Shown: positions 58,773 to 64,000 of the stretch, piece after piece
Position numbering within the stretch: the first letter of the stretch is position 1
How the letters are laid out: every line of letters starts with the position of its first letter
DNA from: an uncultured Acidobacteriaceae bacterium
Lineage (GTDB): Bacteria > Acidobacteriota > Terriglobia > Terriglobales > Acidobacteriaceae
DNA: 64,000 bases
Direction of reading: 5' to 3'
NCBI GenBank assembly: GCA_963819055.1
Contig: CAWFUT010000020.1
Coordinates: forward strand, 7,561 to 71,560
Notes under the pieces: model-generated
What the model was told of the DNA's origin: nothing
Databases searched by the model: none
Seen by the model: only the letters and a program-made list of their open reading frames with translations
Translations under genes and position numbers: made by a program

Positions 58773-58908
58773 GAAGTGACTAGTGGTCAGTGGCTAGTGG
58801 CTAGAAGTTCTGGCCGCTGGTCACTGACAACTGGTTCTTGTCATCCTGAGCGCAGCGAAGGATCTACTGTTCTGCACTCCACTTCAGTGCCCACCTTGAA
58901 TTAATTGC

Positions 58909-58937
58909 TTTACATCAATCAACCTTAGTCCTATAGT
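58909..58937 (+). promoter_or_regulatory. Candidate sigma70-type promoter for the island gene
   Basis: TTTACA-N17-TATAGT in AT-rich DNA, about 175 nt upstream of the ATG at 59112. Confidence 0.35.
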
Positions 58938-59111
58938 GTTGCCCGTTGGGAAACTAGTGCTACGGCATAGTCTGCGCTTTTGCGTTCGCTCCCTTTGGCA
59001 GCTCTCGTCGACACATCCCACGTATTTAGGCCAGCAGTAGTCCTCGCCGCTCTGAGCGGAATCCTTTATAGCGGCAACATGTACTCGGCCAATAGCAGAC
59101 GAGAGGGGAAT

Positions 59112-61529
59112 ATGTCTGATTTAATCACAGGGCGACCAACAGGTTTTTTCGCATATGCGTCGCTACCCCATGCAATCCCCGCAACTATTAAAAATGCGGT
59201 TGAAGACATCAATAAGACACAACGTGCATTCATAACTACTTGGGAGGACCTCGCGACAGGTGGTAAATACATCGTTCCGGAAATTTGCGAAGCGATTCAA
59301 GACGCCGACTTTTTCTGCGCAGACCTAACCACAATAAACCCAAACGTAATGTTCGAACTCGGTTTCGCGATCACCAGGGATAAGCGGATATGGTTGGTTA
59401 GGGACGATACCTATGTAGACTCGAAGAAGGAGTTTGAACAACTGCGTCTCTTAACTACCATAGGATATCGATCCTATACGAATTCGGAGCATATACTACG
59501 TTTCTTCTTTGCCGACTCTCCACACCAAACTCCAGAAGAAACAATATTTCGGAGCTCGATAGAACCGACCTTGGGACCTCACTTTGGAACGGAAGAACTA
59601 CTTTATTTGAGAAGCAAACACGATACGGAGGCCAGCCTCCGGGTAAGTCGGGTATTGAACGACCTAACCCCGCGGCCGATCGTTGACGATCCACGCGAAT
59701 CTGCAGTTCAGGCCTTGTATTGGTATGGGCAGACCGTCTATCGCTCGGGTGGTGTCGTCGCGCATTTCTTAAGTTCATCGAGAGAAGGAAGCCGCCTCAT
59801 CAACGCGAGATATGCGCTTGTTTGCGGGTTAGCGAGGGGTTTTGACATCCCGATACTTATGCTCACTGAGCAGTCCGAACTCCTCGCGCCAATGGACTAT
59901 CGCGATGAGATGAGGCATTACACGACGCCCGCTGAGGCAGGTCGCATAGTCCAACAGTGGCTCGAGCCTTTCCTCACGGCGCGGAAAGAGAACGCTGCTC
60001 GTAGCGCAGCATACAGCGGAGCAGTTAGGCTCGCGACCGAGCTTAAAGATTTCCATTTAACACTAGGAGAATATGTAGCTGAGAACGAAGCAGATCGGCT
60101 GCCTGCATATTTCGTAGAGACGACTGCTCATATGGATGTCATAAACGGTACGCAAACAATCTTCGTGGGAAGAAAGGGCACTGGCAAGAGCGCTACCCTC
60201 ATCGAAGCTGCATACGAGATCGGTAAAGATGCAACTACTTTAGTGTGCGTAATCAAACCTGTGGGATATGAGATGGACGGGTTGCTGCGTCTTTTTAATA
60301 ACTACAAGCTAAGTGATCACAAGGGCTATGTCATCGAGAGCTTATGGAAATACATGATCTACACCGAAATTGCTATTGCGGCCCGAGCCAAAATGACCGG
60401 AGATCAGTTGTGGCAATTATCAAGTCCAAGTTCTAAGGACCTAGTAGAGCTTCTTGACCATGAGAAGTCGGCGCTGACAGGAGACTTCACCGTGAGGCTG
60501 GAACGTGCCATCACTTCCTTGGCCGAAGTCAACTCAGATGCATCAGACTCGCAAATTCGACAGGGGATTTCGGAGGCGTTGCACAGCAATATTTTGGGAC
60601 GTTTACGTTCGGCGTTGATCGAGATTTTACGCCACAAGAGACAGGTGACGCTTCTTGTTGATAATTTAGACAAACCTTGGTTACGAAGCGCGAATTTTGG
60701 AGAGATTTCACAGTTCCTGCTTGGATTACTCACTGCTGCTGCAAGGGTTGGAGAAGAGCTCAAGTACGGTGAGAGAGGAAAGAGCGTCACGAGGTATAAC
60801 AGTGCAATATTCCTGAGAAGCGACATATTCGACTCTGTGGTACGTGTAGCACGAGAGCCGGATAAACTGTCGTATACTCGCTTGGCATGGGATGATTCCG
60901 AGATGCTCTTGAGAGTGATTGAGGAGCGTTACATAGCGTCACACGGTGCCGGAAGTGACCCGTCCACAATGTGGCGACAGTACTTCTGTGAACAGGTTCG
61001 GGGGGTGCCAACTCGGGAGTACCTAACCAGTCGCATTCTGCCGCGCCCCAGAGACGTAGTCTATTTTGTCAAGGCCGCTGTTTCGTTTGCAGTAAATCGG
61101 AAGCACAATGTTGTCGAGGAAAAGGATATTTTAGATGCAGAGAAACAATATTCGCAGTATGCATGGGATAGTATCCTCGTGGAAAACGGAATCAGCGTGC
61201 CGCAGTTGGAAAGTGTTCTTCTTGAGTTTGTTGGATGCACCCCGATCCTGAGCGCGTCGACAGTGCTCAACTTTGTGTCAAAGGCAGGAATAGAGGCTGA
61301 AAAGGTGGACGGGGTAGTCTCGCATCTCGTCTCTCTAACGTTCTTGGGTCTCGAAGTTGATGCCAACAGGTTTGTGTATTCCGACGAGGCAAAGCAGCTG
61401 AAGAAGAACACTATTCTGGCGGAGCGCTATGCCGGTCAGGCGCAGGCCGAAGCTAGGTGCCAAATCAATACTCCGTTTCGGGCTTACCTGGAAATAAAGG
61501 AAGAGTTTCAAAGCGAACAGCTATTTTAG
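59112..61529 (+). CDS. 805-aa protein with tandem TIR-like domains (CAP12/PycTIR-type) and a P-loop NTPase; candidate defence protein
   Basis: gagagggg precedes the ATG at 59112. Domain 1 reads FFAYASL..GKYIVPEICEAIQDADFFCADLTTINPNVMFELGFAITRDKRIWLV, which resembles the remembered motif ..dfAvvLlTpDD..RQNVifElGyFiGkLGR.rV (Glu82). Domain 2 has the same layout but lacks the Glu (..INARYALVCGLARGFDIPILML). The Walker A motif is GRKGTGKS (aa 353-360, nt 60168-60191). A Walker-B-like motif LLVDNLD is at aa 514-520. GC is about 43-45% on sampled lines, against about 65% in nrdJ. Confidence 0.7.
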   Translation: MSDLITGRPTGFFAYASLPHAIPATIKNAVEDINKTQRAFITTWEDLATGGKYIVPEICEAIQDADFFCADLTTINPNVMFELGFAITRDKRIWLVRDDTYVDSKKEFEQLRLLTTIGYRSYTNSEHILRFFFADSPHQTPEETIFRSSIEPTLGPHFGTEELLYLRSKHDTEASLRVSRVLNDLTPRPIVDDPRESAVQALYWYGQTVYRSGGVVAHFLSSSREGSRLINARYALVCGLARGFDIPILMLTEQSELLAPMDYRDEMRHYTTPAEAGRIVQQWLEPFLTARKENAARSAAYSGAVRLATELKDFHLTLGEYVAENEADRLPAYFVETTAHMDVINGTQTIFVGRKGTGKSATLIEAAYEIGKDATTLVCVIKPVGYEMDGLLRLFNNYKLSDHKGYVIESLWKYMIYTEIAIAARAKMTGDQLWQLSSPSSKDLVELLDHEKSALTGDFTVRLERAITSLAEVNSDASDSQIRQGISEALHSNILGRLRSALIEILRHKRQVTLLVDNLDKPWLRSANFGEISQFLLGLLTAAARVGEELKYGERGKSVTRYNSAIFLRSDIFDSVVRVAREPDKLSYTRLAWDDSEMLLRVIEERYIASHGAGSDPSTMWRQYFCEQVRGVPTREYLTSRILPRPRDVVYFVKAAVSFAVNRKHNVVEEKDILDAEKQYSQYAWDSILVENGISVPQLESVLLEFVGCTPILSASTVLNFVSKAGIEAEKVDGVVSHLVSLTFLGLEVDANRFVYSDEAKQLKKNTILAERYAGQAQAEARCQINTPFRAYLEIKEEFQSEQLF

Positions 61530-61578
61530 TCGGTCTGGGCGGGTGGCCCGGGTAAACGGCTGACCCTTATCCATATCT

Positions 61579-61778
61579 CCCACTCAAGACCAGAAGAAGG
61601 TCTTGAATGGGGCACCCGGGTTTTCGATTCCGTGGAGTAAAGGTAGGCCCGGTAAAGGGACGGATGCCCCGTTCAAGCAAAGCTTGAGCGGGTCTTTTTT
61701 TGTAAGGGTAGAGATCTTGGACTTGGGAAGAAAAACCCCCACTCAACGACAAAAGAGGTCGTTGAATGGGGCACCCGG
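61579..61778. repeat. Two direct 41-bp hairpin elements flanking a terminator
   Basis: cccactcaagaccagaagaaggtcttgaatggggcacccgg (61579-61619) and cccactcaacgacaaaagaggtcgttgaatggggcacccgg (61738-61778). The atggggcaccc core recurs at 18121 and, inverted, at 48378. Confidence 0.7.
61669..61701 (+). terminator. Rho-independent terminator downstream of the island gene
   Basis: CCGTTCAAGC-aaa-GCTTGAGCGG forms a 10-bp stem with one G-U pair. It is followed by GTCTTTTTTT. Confidence 0.65.
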
Positions 61779-61873
61779 CACCAGTTTTCTGTAACAACCC
61801 GTGCGATCTGGGAATTGCTTTTGTATTGCGCGCCGAGTTCCGCGAGACAGGTCAAGTCCAAAACTACTCTCCA

Positions 61874-62044
61874 TCAACTCAGTCCGTGTTCGGTACAAAA
61901 TATCTTCGCTTCGTCACTTCGCTTATCGTCGCCAGACCCGATGTTGTCGAAATCGATGATTTCAACTTCGTAACCGATCGGTACAGAGTCTCCTACTATA
62001 TAGGCGGTTCCACCACTTACCGTGACAAAAATCTTATTTGACAT
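61874..62044 (-). CDS. Possible 56-aa protein in low-GC DNA (below the ORF-track length cutoff)
   Basis: GAGGG lies 4 nt upstream of the ATG at 62044. The translation is MSNKIFVTVSGGTAYIVGDSVPIGYEVEIIDFDNIGSGDDKRSDEAKIFCTEHGLS, with the TGA at 61874-61876. The competing plus-strand ORF starts inside a repeat element. Confidence 0.35.
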   Translation of the reverse strand: MSNKIFVTVSGGTAYIVGDSVPIGYEVEIIDFDNIGSGDDKRSDEAKIFCTEHGLS

Positions 62045-62147
62045 TCAACCCTCGCGTTCGTACAGGTTGGAGATCGACAAAACGCACTTGGGCTATACCC
62101 GGCCCCGTGTTCCCTGGCCTTATGTCTGCCGGAGCCTACTAGACGAG

Positions 62148-62640
62148 ACACCAGTCCAAAGGACGGAACAATCGTAGCCCAGCACGCCAGTGCTGGGAAC
62201 GTGGTCATAAAATCTTCCGAGTCCCTTCAGGGACGACACAAAATGCCTGCCGTCCTATCGGACTCCGGGGATGGTTATGATCCGAATCCCAGCACTCACG
62301 TGCTGGGCTACGATTGTGACGCCCTTCGGGCTTCGACCCTGGTCCCCAGCACTCACGTGCTGGGCTACGATTGTGACGCCCTTCGGGCTTCGACCCTGGG
62401 TCCCCAGCACTCACGTGCTGGGCTACGATTGTGACGCCCTTCGGGCTTCGACCCCGATCCTCGTCCTGGTCCCCAGCACTCACGTGCTGGGCTACGATTG
62501 TGACGCCCTTCGGGCTCAAACCCGATCCCCGTCCTGGTCCCCAGCACTCACGTGCTGGGCTACGATTGTGGTGCCCTTCGGGCTCAAACCCGGTTCCAGC
62601 AAAACGATTGTGGCGCCCGTTGGGCTCGGCGTTGGCCTGC
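62148..62640. repeat. REP array left of the RAYT gene: one inverted unit, five direct units and a degenerate sixth
   Basis: The unit is cccagcactcacgtgctgggctacgattgtgacgcccttcgggc, with hairpin CCCAGCAC-tcac-GTGCTGGG. Units start at 62288, 62345, 62403, 62472 and 62540, a period of 57-69 bp. An inverted copy lies at 62148-62197. A second hairpin, GTCCCTtcaGGGAC, is at 62221-62234. Confidence 0.85.
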
Positions 62641-62737
62641 GAATGCGGTGACTGGTGCGCTCAATCGCCATGCTCAATCACGCGAGCCTGTGATGTCCAC
62701 CACGGCCTGAAATCGCCATTCTCGCGATACTCAACTC

Positions 62738-63175
62738 ATGGCCCACACCTATAGCTCAATCTTGTTTCACGTAGTCTTCGCGACAAAAGAACGCCGGGCG
62801 CTGATCCATGAGCCTGCGAAACTTTGGGCTTATGTCGCGGGTACCGCTCGCAAGCTTGGGTATGAACCTCTGGGGGTCGGCGGAACCGAGAATCATCTTC
62901 ATCTGTTGTTGCGATTGCCGGCGCACATCGCTGTTGCCGAAGCGGCGCAGAAGCTGAAAGCGAATTCTTCGCGGTGGCTCAAGGAAAATGGATCGTGGCT
63001 CGGATGGCAGCAAGGCTACGGAGCGTTTTCGGTCAGCCTATCTAATGTGGATACAGTGCGACGATACATTCAGAACCAGCCCGAGCATCATCGGCGGCAT
63101 AGTTTCGAAGAGGAGTTTATCGCGTTGTTGGTGCGATCAGGTATTACGTTTGAGAAGGACGAGGTCTTCGAGTAG
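62738..63175 (+). CDS. IS200/IS605-family Y1 (HUH) transposase homolog; REP-associated tyrosine transposase (RAYT)
   Basis: MAHTYSSILFHVVFATKERR.., the HUH motif ENHLHLLL, and the Tyr motif RRYIQNQPEHH. The protein is 145 aa and is flanked on both sides by the same REP sequence. Confidence 0.85.
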   Translation: MAHTYSSILFHVVFATKERRALIHEPAKLWAYVAGTARKLGYEPLGVGGTENHLHLLLRLPAHIAVAEAAQKLKANSSRWLKENGSWLGWQQGYGAFSVSLSNVDTVRRYIQNQPEHHRRHSFEEEFIALLVRSGITFEKDEVFE

Positions 63176-63218
63176 AGTGCCGTCCCTAAAGGGACTCCCA
63201 ATCGAAAATAATCATTTT

Positions 63219-63262
63219 CCCAGCACTCACGTGCTGGGCTAGGATTGTGGCGCCCTCCGGGC
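63219..63262. repeat. REP unit right of the RAYT gene
   Basis: cccagcactcacgtgctgggctaggattgtggcgccctccgggc is in the same orientation as the left array. It is preceded by the hairpin GTCCCTaaaGGGAC at 63183-63196. Confidence 0.8.
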
Positions 63263-63266
63263 TGAG

Positions 63267-63410
63267 GACGGCATCAATCGCACAATGGGGACGGCATCAA
63301 TCGCACAATGGGGACGGCATCCAATCGTACCGTGGGACGGCAACCAATCGTACGCTGAGCGACAGCAGCCAATAGTACAGTGAGCGCCGGCGTCCAATGG
63401 TACAGTGAGC
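63267..63410. repeat. Six degenerate 23-25-bp tandem repeats with a CCAAT-containing core
   Basis: gacggcatcaatcgcacaatggg occurs twice exactly. It is followed by gacggcatccaatcgtaccgtgg, gacggcaaccaatcgtacgctgagc, gacagcagccaatagtacagtgagc and gccggcgtccaatggtacagtgagc. The block ends 77 bp before the next gene. Confidence 0.85.
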
Positions 63411-63487
63411 ATAGTAATCACAACAATGTGGTAGTCCCACCCCCGCATTCTTCTTGAATCCAGCCCCTGAAAACCTCACACTAGAAT

Positions 63488-64000
63488 GTGACTCGCTTTC
63501 TCTTCTGGAACCTGAACAAGCGCGAGATTCCCGGATTCGTGAGTACGCTGGCGCGCGAAAAAAATGTCGACGTGCTCATCCTGGCCGAGTGCGTCATGCG
63601 CCCCGAGCGGGTTCTGGAAGAACTCAACGCTGAGACATCCGATTATCAGTACGCCTGGGGTGTCAGCGATCACCTCATCTTCTTTACTCGCTTCGACGCG
63701 TATTGCCTGAGGCCGCTGTTTGAGAGCAGCCGGGTGTCGATTCGCCGCCTCAGCCTGCCCCGGTGCGAAACTATCCTCGTGGCCGCCGCACACCTGCCCA
63801 GCAAGATTGGCTTCTCCGATGACAGCCAGGTCTTCGAGTCGGTACAACTGGCGCGCGCCATCTGCGAGGTGGAGGCCGGCGAGGGACATCATCGCACCAT
63901 CCTGCTGGGCGACCTGAATATGAATCCGTTTGAGGCCGGCATGGTGGGCGCGCGCGGCGGACTCAATGCCGTTCCCAGCCGCAGCATCGCCGCCCGCGAT
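63488..64000 (+). CDS. Endonuclease/exonuclease/phosphatase (EEP)-family protein; 3' end lies outside the window
   Basis: The GTG at 63488 opens a frame that runs to the window end, so it is absent from the ORF track. The translation is VTRFLFWNLNKRE..VDVLILAEC..VAAAHLPSK..TILLGDLNMNPFE. This follows the EEP motif order (WN.N, E, H, GDxN). Confidence 0.7.
   Translation, partial: MTRFLFWNLNKREIPGFVSTLAREKNVDVLILAECVMRPERVLEELNAETSDYQYAWGVSDHLIFFTRFDAYCLRPLFESSRVSIRRLSLPRCETILVAAAHLPSKIGFSDDSQVFESVQLARAICEVEAGEGHHRTILLGDLNMNPFEAGMVGARGGLNAVPSRSIAARD

Noticed and set aside
61766-62041. The plus-strand 91-aa ORF in the low-GC segment.
   Set aside because: It starts inside a repeat element (MGHPAP.. 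is the translation of the atggggcaccc motif) and has no RBS. The opposite strand has an RBS-ATG 56-aa ORF. Neither is proven.
62288-62600. A CRISPR array, suggested by regularly spaced palindromic repeats with a period of about 57-69 bp.
   Set aside because: The sequence between the hairpins is itself repeated (gctacgattgtgacgcccttcgggcttcgacc), so there are no unique spacers. The units flank a Y1 transposase homolog and there are no cas genes. This is a REP/BIME-type array.
63476-63892. The tracked 138-aa minus-strand ORF at the right end of the window.
   Set aside because: It is the antisense shadow of the plus-strand EEP-family gene that starts at the GTG at 63488. The plus-strand frame carries ordered catalytic motifs.

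Overview
This is a high-GC bacterial chromosome segment. Hand counts on sample lines give about 60-67% GC. The gene content looks like Acidobacteriota (Terriglobia-like), which is an inference from four things: an ADOP-type duplicated MacB/FtsX permease, a CarboxypepD_reg-type TonB-dependent receptor, a Ser/Thr kinase with a TPR tail, and several families of GC-rich palindromic intergenic repeats. I can support about 50 protein genes and 2 tRNAs (Pro-UGG, His-GUG).

The housekeeping and metabolic genes are: rodA (5'-truncated by the window), an Rne/Rng ribonuclease, a 1-Cys peroxiredoxin, an SDR, ftcD (frame-disrupted), an aminotransferase, a GT2, a tetR-fadD pair, a TonB receptor-YfiR-histidine kinase trio, a starch/maltodextrin locus (wHTH regulator, TBDR, GH13, MFS), a nonaheme cytochrome c with a VIT-family gene, a Ser/Thr kinase, and class II ribonucleotide reductase nrdJ.

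The observations most worth a second look are:
1. A roughly 3.2 kb low-GC island (58.9-62.1 kb) directly downstream of nrdJ. It encodes an 805-aa protein with two N-terminal TIR-like domains (CAP12/PycTIR-type NVxFELG motif) and a P-loop NTPase. It is followed by a 56-aa ORF, a REP array with a RAYT (IS200-like Y1 transposase), a degenerate tandem-repeat block and an EEP-nuclease gene. I read this as a candidate defence/conflict locus.
2. A secreted AhpE-like peroxiredoxin whose reading frame is interrupted by a single in-frame TGA exactly at the peroxidatic-Cys position, with a downstream hairpin. This makes it a selenocysteine candidate. It is followed by two tandem paralogous secreted CxxC proteins of unknown function.
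3. nrdJ carries in-frame insertions built from the same hairpin repeat modules found between genes, including 5 x 27-bp tandem repeats. It also has a roughly 540-nt structured leader with NrdR-box-like sites.
4. The RNase E/G has a roughly 515-aa acidic/Arg-rich insertion inside its S1 domain.
5. There is a secreted Gly/Tyr/His/Trp low-complexity protein.
6. Several frame disruptions or gene relics are present (ftcD x2, EamA, an MBL-fold relic, a prx fragment). These are either real gene decay or indel errors.

All calls come from reading the translations and sequence by eye. No database search was run.
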